A stretch of DNA of 64,000 nt from a virus: IMG/VR virus record IMGVR_UViG_3300045988_134537; one strand, written 5' to 3'. Both the position numbers and the translations under genes were made by a program. A model generated the notes under the pieces. That model did not search any database and was not told where the DNA came from. It saw only the letters and a program-made list of their open reading frames with translations. This document shows, in pieces, positions 47,601 through 54,846 of the stretch (position 1 is the stretch's first letter; each line of letters opens with the position of its first letter).

Positions 47601-48097
47601 ACGGGAGTGAAGTCTGAAGATATGGTATCTTGTAGATACTGCCCGGCGTCTATTCCAGGTCCTTCCGGTACGGAAATACTTGACGGGACCATAGCATCCA
47701 CCAACATAATATTATCACCCAGATTTTGGCTGTAGAATCCAAAGCCCGATTCTTGGATTTCATAAGGTGCATCTGATTTTGACACAAGAACAGGGTTACT
47801 TATCTTAGAAGCCTTATCCAGCACCCTTTCCCTATAGGCTTCCGGAATAAGATCGATGTTGGATTTCACCTTATTGTAGGCCTGTTTATTAACAGGTACA
47901 TTCCTTCTCCAGTCGCCAAAAGCCTTTAAGAACTTATTAGAAAATACGGTTTTAAAAACAGTAGTAGCCCGTTCCCTGTTCTCCATAAGAGGAATAGATG
48001 CTATTTTATCAAACAACATAGACCTGTCCCCTGATCTGGTAGAGACAGAAACAACTTTCTTTTTATTATCTCTTTTAATAATACACGTTGATGTCAT
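41675..48097 (-). CDS. giant virion-associated protein (2140 aa), tail/ejection or virion-RNAP-type giant of crAss-like phages; no catalytic motif recognised
   Basis: 6.4-kb uninterrupted ORF; only shadow ORFs on the opposite strand. Confidence 0.9.
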   Translation of the reverse strand: MTSTCIIKRDNKKKVVSVSTRSGDRSMLFDKIASIPLMENRERATTVFKTVFSNKFLKAFGDWRRNVPVNKQAYNKVKSNIDLIPEAYRERVLDKASKISNPVLVSKSDAPYEIQESGFGFYSQNLGDNIMLVDAMVPSSISVPEGPGIDAGQYLQDTISSDFTPVSMVQDKGVNYMVIKDGLKIFSPEELPETDSNPVGVTYQTGEPRLFFMNDRSQLFEDYGEALRSGGNDIRIGFLSGTVQESAVDGVADITYKAGKYVLNNPKSFIPVMTASASTSLSTKGGIINYLIKKGLLSGSKIFDPETRSYYLTGEGHTGQIRLFNSALSYTELRNHFGSDVSMNDQGMITISSLDNSKVTMRLATGGTERVSRGQIKNDLKSGRYNELDAKYDHFDALVVSFILEDNDLYADTKAKIVSDYSRQERDQRNSIVEILKTLGVSVIGMTDYIEKYQTKYGHEPSAKALADIANNVIAVGEDATLSDLVEETSHFLVEAYRDQNAVEDVLQDVEGTEEWNQYAGQYYNTYGKVYEGTELDNAVRREILGKILAREMQTGTAQAPVEPTSFLGRVRQLLSGIVSWLKSALSTQRQDLNNVIKNIRDLAITDIDKGFDTSLLKDNDFTLYSLSSMNKNKFLESKIRALRKTLRDLRQISSDRAVTTSMTLAQLKTIEDKINKVETEIDKNEMAAAMNSMISTAEAQVRYLSNVVNTILHGDTKDGKLHFNTNDRKNVDIINNQVLPIMNDLRGYIRNRSTEFDEREKQDYTNRINTVIADINGIQSDIKSVQDLDESTLLDKLMNELHVPADKVKRVKEFFDKVQHDVSWISRWFGILEHSSSPFNNALGAMIAKDNYNAMVNAQPAISDFLAYAKKHGFNKSEFEKLLQKVDGKTSNYLRSALDMAKYDRNKKLAQMRAFATAMNIEISEEEIGDVVDNNRNYVFKREVVDKDGNTVTENAKFKPSSDRVNTDIFTIEQEKIYTEQMEKWDAENSELEFSESYATRMESIYKKAEEELGHPVSQTTKEYLNALSRQKRILRQPFIDSGGNFDEVAYFKSSNYEEEGLLRKQRKEAASEYIYVGTRRVEKTGDQLKMAKEIQAINEVWRKESNNVTNAVSESFLQKLRTIQSESGGEAALKTLMLGGHLSFNDRFWNEVESEQSARTESNNKASYLKMAHDIISSTTSDRDATDVDSIVKDIEKNKAIIKEIIGNNRDVADIGEINEATFTSSERDAFRAASEAIEADYAILIDYAKMVGLEDIDKYLTKSSKAENEVNQSYLNALADSKEVEWKFVQRHTTAKKAKRIQALRDKLFKAADNRYLFTVSETNYLSEKLGISKELDGRDFRNAVNAKMASLFLNNTREEGIEETNAIVNEFARSQVFSYYKRMAPTGYAAMIDKIGRGEIDVAQMVKDVQNGTSTQDYGMDISYLSFDPARAWVAESEAENSGRNPDYVKDHGYGHRMPKKSLYRDESYFNDFGIKYDADGNEVATKNVEQWNMIQKLKEIKRQSLDLYKEQSPNLYAIPQISKQDIERMEGLGINFKNTVRNFVSDLCLDRVDDSLYGKTRQGEVYDPEDRLRSIPKYYIYELENQDDVSHDFGYSYSMLMMQSSLYNEKQKSIELAQGLEQMLLNKQFEGGKKAEATQAYQMFRDFFNDHYYGIRMNTKKLTVNIGGYTVDLTRIMMAVERFMSVMNLALSPFVAATGALTGHINLIMESAVGQYISKDSLKYASAEFSRLAPSCIAETGDIDRKSKLYVIGERMGIFNIRNRMYGAGYNRVARTLMRSPMYAFMEILNYPLDPQVMIATMDNVRYYKGRFYTFQDFKMEKERGKEQSTIKREWNALKDRTLWSMVDVVDGKVVVKPGSGVTVEEVETQMAITRNQVRSLSQICNGSLNEENRTAASRNWIARFMTAHRGWLVLAAQRLWKRRGFNFQTMQEEEGLSITLKNMIAKTFSLASESGMKNIIDAWNENKDNMNEVEKTNLKRLSVYAGTFLIMQAVSMLLAGWRDDDENEESWLTQFGSYVGFRTINEIASQMPFIMELNVVDIINDPFVMGRKLKDLTDLRNYSLDKVTSGTYKGESKLFRQLAKQTFIKQWYNIKTPEDVARAYNWWQQTNNKSMMFFIGATPDSEGDDDVSYK

Positions 48098-48120
48098 AGT
48101 AAAACATTTTTGTTATGAGA

Positions 48121-48128
48121 CAAAGGTA
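48121..48128 (-). promoter_or_regulatory. TAccTTTG (−7-type Bacteroides promoter element) about 23 nt upstream of the giant gene ATG
   Basis: Motif match only; −33 element not clear. Confidence 0.2.
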
Positions 48129-48238
48129 GTTAAAAATCAAGCATATCATAAAAAATAAAGCCACCTAACTTCTCAGTCTGATGGCTTAAAATGATATGAA
48201 AAAAAATTATAATCTGACGAAAAATCGTCAAGTTCAGC

Positions 48239-48562
48239 TTATATGTAATGCATGTACCCATCTCGGTGAATAAACCTTCCCGATTCAAAGCGCTCAATAT
48301 CTTCAGGGCAAATAGGGCCCGAATCCTCTCTCCTGGCTTCAAACCAAAGCCCCGGCTTACGAAGTCGGCAAGTTATGATATAGTTAAAGCAATTGTGCGT
48401 AAAATGGAAAACAGATCCTACAGGGAAATACCTATCAGCTTGAAATACGATTCTTTTTCGTTTAGTATCAAACGTGATATCTCCTACTATCTTAGCCACG
48501 TAATAGCTTCTGCCATTTAACGTTTCATCTGTTTGTGGTATCCAATAATAACCTCTTGCCAT
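48239..48562 (-). CDS. hypothetical protein (107 aa)
   Basis: Track ORF. Confidence 0.5.
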   Translation of the reverse strand: MARGYYWIPQTDETLNGRSYYVAKIVGDITFDTKRKRIVFQADRYFPVGSVFHFTHNCFNYIITCRLRKPGLWFEARREDSGPICPEDIERFESGRFIHRDGYMHYI

Positions 48563-48600
48563 GCCACAAATATATGAAAAAGTCGGATAACTTACGTACC

Positions 48601-48912
48601 CTACTCTATTATTTGTTTAAATAGTCCAATTTCATCTATTTTGACATGACCGCTTTGCATACGACCATTATTAGGATTATGTAGAAAATTGAAACCACTT
48701 TCTTTTTCCTGTCTTTCAAAAGAGCTGATATCCTTTCCTCTACGGGCTCTTTCAAAAGCTTTATTGAACAACTTGCCTCTAAAGGTCTTGACGAGGATCT
48801 TGGTAGCGTTATTGCCGGCTCTTACCATTGCTTTCCTTGCCCGGTCCTCCGAGACAAAACTGCTTCGGAAAATATACGATGCTGCTGCTTGTATATCTTG
48901 TTTAGTAATCAT
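48601..48912 (-). CDS. hypothetical protein (103 aa)
   Basis: Track ORF. Confidence 0.5.
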   Translation of the reverse strand: MITKQDIQAAASYIFRSSFVSEDRARKAMVRAGNNATKILVKTFRGKLFNKAFERARRGKDISSFERQEKESGFNFLHNPNNGRMQSGHVKIDEIGLFKQIIE

Positions 48913-49262
48913 ATGCCAAACATTCCTTTCAAGATACTATTTTTTATACTATATATCAATTTCATCTCATCTCTATCATATACGCCAAAAAAGGATTCAC
49001 TGGGGTCCTTTGGATTTACGCTCAGTTGAATTATACAATTGTAAAGATAGACCTTAAGTTCATAATTATCAGAGTATCTATCCCGTATGGTTTCAAATGT
49101 CTTAATTAATTCTTCAACAAGTACTCTGCTAAATGAAAAAGGTTCTCTACAATCACCTTTAAATATGATATGATTTAAATCATTGGTATTATCAAATTCG
49201 TACTCTACCCGACTGTCGTCCATCATATCATAAGTGATTGACTTTTTGATTTTAAATCCCAT
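48909..49262 (-). CDS. hypothetical protein (117 aa)
   Basis: Track ORF, ATGA overlap. Confidence 0.5.
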   Translation of the reverse strand: MGFKIKKSITYDMMDDSRVEYEFDNTNDLNHIIFKGDCREPFSFSRVLVEELIKTFETIRDRYSDNYELKVYLYNCIIQLSVNPKDPSESFFGVYDRDEMKLIYSIKNSILKGMFGI

Positions 49263-49280
49263 ATTATTTTGTTTTTTTAG

Positions 49281-49646
49281 TTAATATAGATCTTCTGAAT
49301 ACAATTGTTCTCTAATGGCACTCCTATCTACTACCATTTCCTGATTATTGCTCTTAACAAGTTCAGATGCTTCCTCTCTTGTTAAAAAATGATTCTTGCT
49401 TGTCAAAAATCCTTGAACACTACAGTTTTTATGGGCTATACCGTATGCCGCAAGTTGAGATAGTATAGAGGGGTGTCTCAATCCACAGAACACGGTGCCG
49501 GATGGTATATTGGTGGGCTGATAGGGTCGTTTCTTGTCGTCCTGTACCCAGATGGCCGCGCATATCACGATTTCTTTATTACACATGACTATAAATTTAA
49601 TATTCCGTTTTTGCCAATATGTTTCTTTTCTTCTTCGGTAGGCCAT
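49281..49646 (-). CDS. hypothetical protein (121 aa)
   Basis: Track ORF. Confidence 0.5.
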   Translation of the reverse strand: MAYRRRKETYWQKRNIKFIVMCNKEIVICAAIWVQDDKKRPYQPTNIPSGTVFCGLRHPSILSQLAAYGIAHKNCSVQGFLTSKNHFLTREEASELVKSNNQEMVVDRSAIREQLYSEDLY

Positions 49647-49864
49647 TCTTTCTTGAACTTACCGTGCCACGTTCCAGGAACTACCACCACTTCGCCTCCC
49701 TTACTATATTCAATAGCGGCACATTCAGAACAAAGAGGCTTGCCTTCATATCCCTTTAGCGACTTATCGTAAATACGATTCTTACAAGGTCTTATAAGAG
49801 CCCAGTAATATGATGTGGCTGTATTATCTATACAGCCACATTTTGAACATACAAACAAGCTCAT
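49589..49864 (-). CDS. hypothetical zinc-ribbon protein (CSKCGC ... CSEC), 91 aa
   Basis: Track ORF. Confidence 0.45.
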   Translation of the reverse strand: MSLFVCSKCGCIDNTATSYYWALIRPCKNRIYDKSLKGYEGKPLCSECAAIEYSKGGEVVVVPGTWHGKFKKEWPTEEEKKHIGKNGILNL

Positions 49865-50640
49865 TCCGCAATCTCCCAGTCATTAGACATAATATCATGT
49901 TCGGTTGGATTCCAATTTGATGCTACTTTTTGACCTGTATCTATCATCAATATATTTACGTCAAACATACAGATATACTTTTTACCCCAATCGATTCTTT
50001 TTATCTTACGACCTAATTTAAGCCGTTCTAAAGCCTGTTCGAATGTCATGCCACGACGAGGCAGTTTGAGATACTTTTTAAGTCTGTCGGCAGCTTCATT
50101 TGGTGTATGGCCATCGTATTCGAAAGCGGTTTCTCTTTCAGGAACATCAAACAAATCCCAGTATTTGCTTTCATAGTGATTAGATACCTGACCGGTAGGT
50201 AGAATCGCCATCACAATAAACCAATCATCAGAACCGAAGCATTTTTCTCCGTCGCTGTGTCTCCTTGATTTGCAAACTTCAACCTGTCCGTTTCTGGCTA
50301 ATAGATTAAAGAAGGCAGCGTTATACAACATGCAGTACCGATACAATTCATTGAAAGTATGGTATCCATCAGAGACTTCTCCCACGTCTACAGGCTTCTT
50401 GTTTTGAATACTACCCAAAATCTTCTCTACATAGAGCTGTATTTTATACAGACCCATTTCGGTGTGGCCGTATTTGTTCAAGATCTTATTGACATCGTAT
50501 TGTATATTAAAATCTTTTTCAAATTCTACTTCAGGATGATTAGGATAGCAGTAGTCCACTGATGCTTCTAACACAGACTTTATGTGTTCTATTATCCTCG
50601 CAACATCATCATGTTTAAAAAAAATGCTTAAATCTTTCAA
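49861..50640 (-). CDS. two-domain protein with C-terminal DUF2829 (Tad2-like) domain (MTFEQALERLKLGRKIKRIDWGKKYICMF ... NWNPTEHDIMSNDWEIAE); no in-frame ATG before residue 57. A 23-codon ATG-initiated leader (MTKEEFESAINEDIKFVERFKHFF, about 50621..50689) lies in the +1 frame across a T8 tract
   Basis: Track ORF starts at TTG; DUF2829 hallmarks (MxFxEALxxLKxGKKVxRxGW and W.PsxxDLLaxDWE) as I recall them; hand-translation of the leader. Confidence 0.6.
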   Translation of the reverse strand: MKDLSIFFKHDDVARIIEHIKSVLEASVDYCYPNHPEVEFEKDFNIQYDVNKILNKYGHTEMGLYKIQLYVEKILGSIQNKKPVDVGEVSDGYHTFNELYRYCMLYNAAFFNLLARNGQVEVCKSRRHSDGEKCFGSDDWFIVMAILPTGQVSNHYESKYWDLFDVPERETAFEYDGHTPNEAADRLKKYLKLPRRGMTFEQALERLKLGRKIKRIDWGKKYICMFDVNILMIDTGQKVASNWNPTEHDIMSNDWEIAE

Positions 50641-50751
50641 CGAATTTAATATCTTCGTTGATTGCTGATTCGAACTCTTCTTTTGTCATCACTCTAATTA
50701 CATCTTTTTTTAAATCGTCTAATCCCATGATTTATTTTAAATTAGTTGTTA

Positions 50752-51384
50752 TTATACTTTTTTTATCCTACAATACAAATCCAATAAGAACTCAGCAGAA
50801 AAACCATCCCATGCATTATTCTGCCAAATATCTACTTTGTTAATAAACCAAGACCATGTAGGACCATCATATGAAGAATCAGATGATGATCCCAATCCGA
50901 TTTTCTCCATTTCATTCGCCACATCAGAATAAGGATCTAAATCGACTCCCCTAATCATGTTAATAATATCACCCTTGTCTAATGTAAATTGAAACCGCTC
51001 CTTGTTAGTAAGCGAATCTTGATTCAATTTACCAGTCGCAAGCCATTCTCCATCATGATACAATTCGGCAAGTTTCTTTACCTTATTTTTAAGAAAAGAA
51101 TACTCTTGTATGACTTCTATAAAATCAGCTTCGTTAGCTTTACCTTCTATAAAGATAACGGTTTTGCTTCCAGGTCTATGATCGTCTAAGCTTGCCGGGA
51201 TTCCTAATATCGTCCATCCTTTAAACTCAGCTATCTTAAAACGCATGACATCAAACACCTTATAAAAATCATCACAATCTACAGATTCTATTACCTTAAC
51301 ATCCTCTTCCGTAAATTTACCTCGTATTGAAATAACATGATGACCAGGGCAGCCATCGGTTCCGAAATATGCGATTCTAACCAC
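50752..51384 (-). CDS. hypothetical protein (210 aa)
   Basis: Track ORF. Confidence 0.55.
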   Translation of the reverse strand: MVRIAYFGTDGCPGHHVISIRGKFTEEDVKVIESVDCDDFYKVFDVMRFKIAEFKGWTILGIPASLDDHRPGSKTVIFIEGKANEADFIEVIQEYSFLKNKVKKLAELYHDGEWLATGKLNQDSLTNKERFQFTLDKGDIINMIRGVDLDPYSDVANEMEKIGLGSSSDSSYDGPTWSWFINKVDIWQNNAWDGFSAEFLLDLYCRIKKV

Positions 51385-51404
51385 GATATTTACAATATTT
51401 TAAT

Positions 51405-51620
51405 TTATTTTGCTAAAACATTCATATAACATGGCACATCTACCACATCTCTTCTACGAAGTCCCTTATCAAAATAAGAAACTATATAAGTGTTTTTACC
51501 TTCGTGATCAGGCCTGGGATCGAAACATTCAAAAACGAATCTTGTTACACCTTCCAAATGACCAAGCATGAAAACAAATTCGCCACCGTATCTTTTATTA
51601 GCTAATTCTTCTACGGTCAT
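51405..51620 (-). CDS. hypothetical protein (71 aa)
   Basis: Track ORF. Confidence 0.45.
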   Translation of the reverse strand: MTVEELANKRYGGEFVFMLGHLEGVTRFVFECFDPRPDHEGKNTYIVSYFDKGLRRRDVVDVPCYMNVLAK

Positions 51621-51844
51621 AATCTGTCCCCTCCTAATCCTGAATTGATGCTAACGTACTTAACACGGACATCATTTCCACGTCCAAGCTGACCCCAGCC
51701 GGGCGATGGCGTTCCCTTGGCCGGAGCAGGGACAGCCCTAAGCCGAGACCAGTCCTGCTTTTGCCTCATGGCTTCAGCCTCTTTGTAATACCGGTTACAC
51801 AGTTCTTGATCTTCGTAACCAACGTAATCTTCCTTATTTTCCAT
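51617..51844 (-). CDS. hypothetical protein (75 aa)
   Basis: Track ORF. Confidence 0.45.
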   Translation of the reverse strand: MENKEDYVGYEDQELCNRYYKEAEAMRQKQDWSRLRAVPAPAKGTPSPGWGQLGRGNDVRVKYVSINSGLGGDRL

Positions 51845-51975
51845 ATAGAATACTTTTTCAACAAAAGTACGACATTCATGAATTAATTAGATTTAAAATA
51901 AAACAATATGAATTAAAATAAAAACCCGATACGTTAAAATCGCATCGGGCCCGGTATTGAAAAAAAATAGGTTCA

Positions 51976-52149
51976 GATCTTGGGTAAAGATTCGAGCCAA
52001 TTTTTAACATCTTTATATTTAGGGTCTTTGTCTATTCTATCTTTCAGTTCATGCAATGCTGAGTCCATAACCGTATTCGGTACGCCAATCAACTCTCCTA
52101 TTAAATACAATGGGGTTTTATTCGATTTAGATTCGTGTGCTATATTCAT
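51976..52149 (-). CDS. possible small protein, 57 aa (MNIAHESKSNKTPLYLIGELIGVPNTVMDSALHELKDRIDKDPKYKDVKNWLESLPKI)
   Basis: Hand-translated minus-strand ORF in a 470-bp gap otherwise lacking genes. Confidence 0.3.
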
Positions 52150-52312
52150 GTCAAAAAAAAGTTATGTGAAACAAACCGGCCACGGGTATTCTATTGCCCG
52201 CCGACCGGTATAATATTTTTATTCTTTTTTTTCCAAACGGGAAAAACGGGAATGCGGGAATCATATTTTTTACTATGGCTCCCGCACCACCGGAAGGACC
52301 TGGATCTGGATC

Positions 52313-52606
52313 TCAGGTCAGATCCTTCCAGTTTATTTTTTCGCCGAGGTAATCTTGCACGGCAAGCCATCTTATAAAGGCTACTCCTTCGGGAGCATCC
52401 GGATCATCCAAATACATTAACGTAGCTTTCACCAACTCGTTCTCACATTTGAAGACCTTCGGAAAACCATCCGAATAGTACATTGCAAAGACATATTGGA
52501 CATCGCCCCATGTCGCTTTATCCGGCTTCTTCGCTCCGCACTTTTCAAAAATATCTTTTATTTCCGGCTGCTTCCAGATCCTCTTGGATCCATCGACGTT
52601 GACCAT
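52313..52606 (-). CDS. hypothetical protein (97 aa)
   Basis: Track ORF. Confidence 0.5.
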   Translation of the reverse strand: MVNVDGSKRIWKQPEIKDIFEKCGAKKPDKATWGDVQYVFAMYYSDGFPKVFKCENELVKATLMYLDDPDAPEGVAFIRWLAVQDYLGEKINWKDLT

Positions 52607-52699
52607 CTTCTTTACCGCCTCATCAGCGAGAGCATTAGAAAAATGGTAGCCGTAAGTATCTACATATTTCTGATAAGCTGGATCCTCTGCGTCTGCTCC

Positions 52700-53068
52700 T
52701 CAATAAGAACGACCTCTGCCACGTCCGCGACCTCTACGCATCTGAGGTCCGTCACCGTAGTATCTGTCGTCTCCATAGTAATCGGTCGGGTAGGATTCGT
52801 AACCCATCCTCCGGTATTCCCGGTCCTCCATTTCATGACGACGTTCGCGCTCTTCAAGCCTTCTTTCCCTTTCTTCCAGCTCGTTTTCTCGCTCTTCCAT
52901 TTCCTTCATCTTCTCATGCATACCGTAATGGTCGTAAATACCACCACCGTACCCCATGTACGTCCCATCAGAACGCCGGCTTCTGCCTCTGCCTCCACCT
53001 CGTCTGTCTTCTATCTCGTCATATCCAGGATATTCTCTGTGTCCTGAATTTAAATCATATACTATCAT
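52700..53068 (-). CDS. low-complexity Arg/Gly/Glu-rich protein (RGRGRGRG, GYGGG, EERERRLEERERR repeats), 122 aa; candidate nucleic-acid-binding or packaged protein
   Basis: Track ORF; striking composition. Confidence 0.5.
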   Translation of the reverse strand: MIVYDLNSGHREYPGYDEIEDRRGGGRGRSRRSDGTYMGYGGGIYDHYGMHEKMKEMEERENELEERERRLEERERRHEMEDREYRRMGYESYPTDYYGDDRYYGDGPQMRRGRGRGRGRSY

Positions 53069-53075
53069 ATTATAC

Positions 53076-53570
53076 TTATTTCAAACGTTCTACAATTAAC
53101 TTCTTTAAATCTTCGAATGAATCAGTAAGGTCATTCACCTTATTTTCTATACCAGCTATTTTACGATCCTGCTCTCTCGTTTGTTTGAATGCCGGATTGA
53201 TGTCTTCTAATATAGATTCACAAGCCTCTATCTTGGCACGATGGGCATCTACGCTGTTTATTATGTCTTGACTGGTGTTTTTTATAGCATTCAGTTCGTT
53301 CATAATCGGATCTATGCTGGTAGATAATGTTATGCCCATAGCCTTAGCCACATTCTGGGATTCCGGGACCGTATAGGTCTTGGTTTCGCCAGTGAGCTCT
53401 ACCGTCAGATCCACCACTCGGGTCTGCATCGCCTGATACTGACCTGGCTGAGGAGGAAGATACCTGGGTTCGGATACGGCTACTACCTTTCCCAATTCGT
53501 ATTTAGGTACTGTATTAGTATCAAGGGTATGTACCTGAAACCCTTTCTTCAAATCTGAAAACATGATCAA
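53076..53570 (-). CDS. hypothetical protein (164 aa), probable small virion component
   Basis: Track ORF. Confidence 0.55.
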   Translation of the reverse strand: MIMFSDLKKGFQVHTLDTNTVPKYELGKVVAVSEPRYLPPQPGQYQAMQTRVVDLTVELTGETKTYTVPESQNVAKAMGITLSTSIDPIMNELNAIKNTSQDIINSVDAHRAKIEACESILEDINPAFKQTREQDRKIAGIENKVNDLTDSFEDLKKLIVERLK

Positions 53571-53620
53571 AATATTAGTTAGGTGAAAATAGGGTGATGA
53601 TCTTCATCACCCTACTGAAA

Positions 53621-54034
53621 TCATTTACCTGCTTTAACTTCAGACGCCTGGGCTGCCGCTACTGGAACACAGCAATCCATTAATCTTAACACGCCACGAA
53701 CTTTATTGAAGTACAGAAGGCGTTCTGTGCCATTTACCATAGCAGCACCCGTGACAGCTACGTTAATAGGGTTCACGACATTCACTCCCGTAACCGGGCA
53801 ACAGGTGTCGGCTCCTACTGTTGAAACTGTGCTGTTTGCCGGGACCGCAATCTGTACCGGTAGAGCACTTCCGGCTGTGGGGACTACTTGCCTTATCTTA
53901 AGAAGGATAAGACCCTCACACGGAAGGGCGATCCAAGCCCGTGGGTTAATACCGAAGATTGTATTTGTCGTACTGACAATAACATTCTTCGTAACCATCT
54001 CATACAACGATCCTATTTTAGAAACACAAGCCAT
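53621..54034 (-). CDS. hypothetical protein (137 aa)
   Basis: Track ORF. Confidence 0.5.
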   Translation of the reverse strand: MACVSKIGSLYEMVTKNVIVSTTNTIFGINPRAWIALPCEGLILLKIRQVVPTAGSALPVQIAVPANSTVSTVGADTCCPVTGVNVVNPINVAVTGAAMVNGTERLLYFNKVRGVLRLMDCCVPVAAAQASEVKAGK

Positions 54035-54186
54035 AATTAAACTTTTTTAATTCAATTATCAATCTGTAAATACTACATTTGCAACTGGGATAGGCAGAGG
54101 TCGCGTCTTTGCTGATAAGGGTTTCTCTAAGTTCTCCCTTCCCATTCTCTTTAAAAACTTAGTCCACATTTTAAAAATTAGAGAAA

Positions 54187-54843
54187 ATGACGAACGAAGA
54201 ATTTATTAAGAACGTCTCCCTTGAGGGAGAGGAATGGAGAGACGTGGTCGGATTTGAGGGACTTTATATGGTATCATCCTTTGGGAGAGTAATTTCCCTT
54301 AAAAGAGAAGTTAGAAATACACATTGCTCTTACAGAGTTGTAAGACAACGCATACTAACACCAAATAAAAGAACAAGTAGACCCGAATATCACAGTTACC
54401 ATCTATATAAAAACAAAAGAAATAGAAAATCAATAACAGCTCATAGAATCGTGGCTACCGCATTTATCCCCAATCCTAATAATTATCCAGATATAGACCA
54501 TATAGACGGAAATTCTCTGAATAATAATGTACATAATTTAAGATGGTGCAATCAAGTTATGAACATGAACAATCCGATCACAAGAAAAAGACTGTCTAGC
54601 TCTAAAACAGGCAAACTAAACACAAAGAAAAGCATACCTGTCGTACGAATCAGCGATGATGGAATGATTGAAACATTTCCCTCCGTGATGGAAGCATATA
54701 GAAATGGATATAATCACTCATCCATACTAAAATGTTGCAAACATAAAATGCACACACATAAAGGATGTAAATGGATGTTTTTATCCGATTACGAAAACCT
54801 TACCAGTAAATCAAAGAACGACATCTTCCAAACGTCAGACTAA
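54187..54843 (+). CDS. HNH homing endonuclease (NUMOD4 + HNH_3 type), free-standing, opposite strand to the surrounding structural genes
   Basis: EEWRDVVGFEGLYMVSSFGRVISL (NUMOD4); AHRIVATAFIPNPNNYPDIDHIDGNSLNNNVHNLRWCNQVMNMNN (HNH_3). Confidence 0.85.
   Translation: MTNEEFIKNVSLEGEEWRDVVGFEGLYMVSSFGRVISLKREVRNTHCSYRVVRQRILTPNKRTSRPEYHSYHLYKNKRNRKSITAHRIVATAFIPNPNNYPDIDHIDGNSLNNNVHNLRWCNQVMNMNNPITRKRLSSSKTGKLNTKKSIPVVRISDDGMIETFPSVMEAYRNGYNHSSILKCCKHKMHTHKGCKWMFLSDYENLTSKSKNDIFQTSD
54187..54843 (+). mobile_element. Free-standing homing-endonuclease gene insertion
   Basis: Only + strand gene within the − strand block. Confidence 0.6.
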
Positions 54844-54846
54844 AAA

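Noticed and set aside
41675-48097. Virion RNA polymerase catalytic motif (DxDGD) in the giant proteins
   Set aside because: Only YDADGNE found (third Asp replaced by Asn), so I did not assign an RNAP function.
50617-50624. Treating the T8/A8 frame break as a definite programmed frameshift
   Set aside because: Homopolymer-length sequencing error or TTG initiation are equally simple. Reported as a hypothesis only.
51980-52377. + strand ORFs 51980..52213 and 52135..52377
   Set aside because: They lie in a − strand gene block and overlap a more plausible − strand small ORF (51976..52149) and gene 52313..52606.
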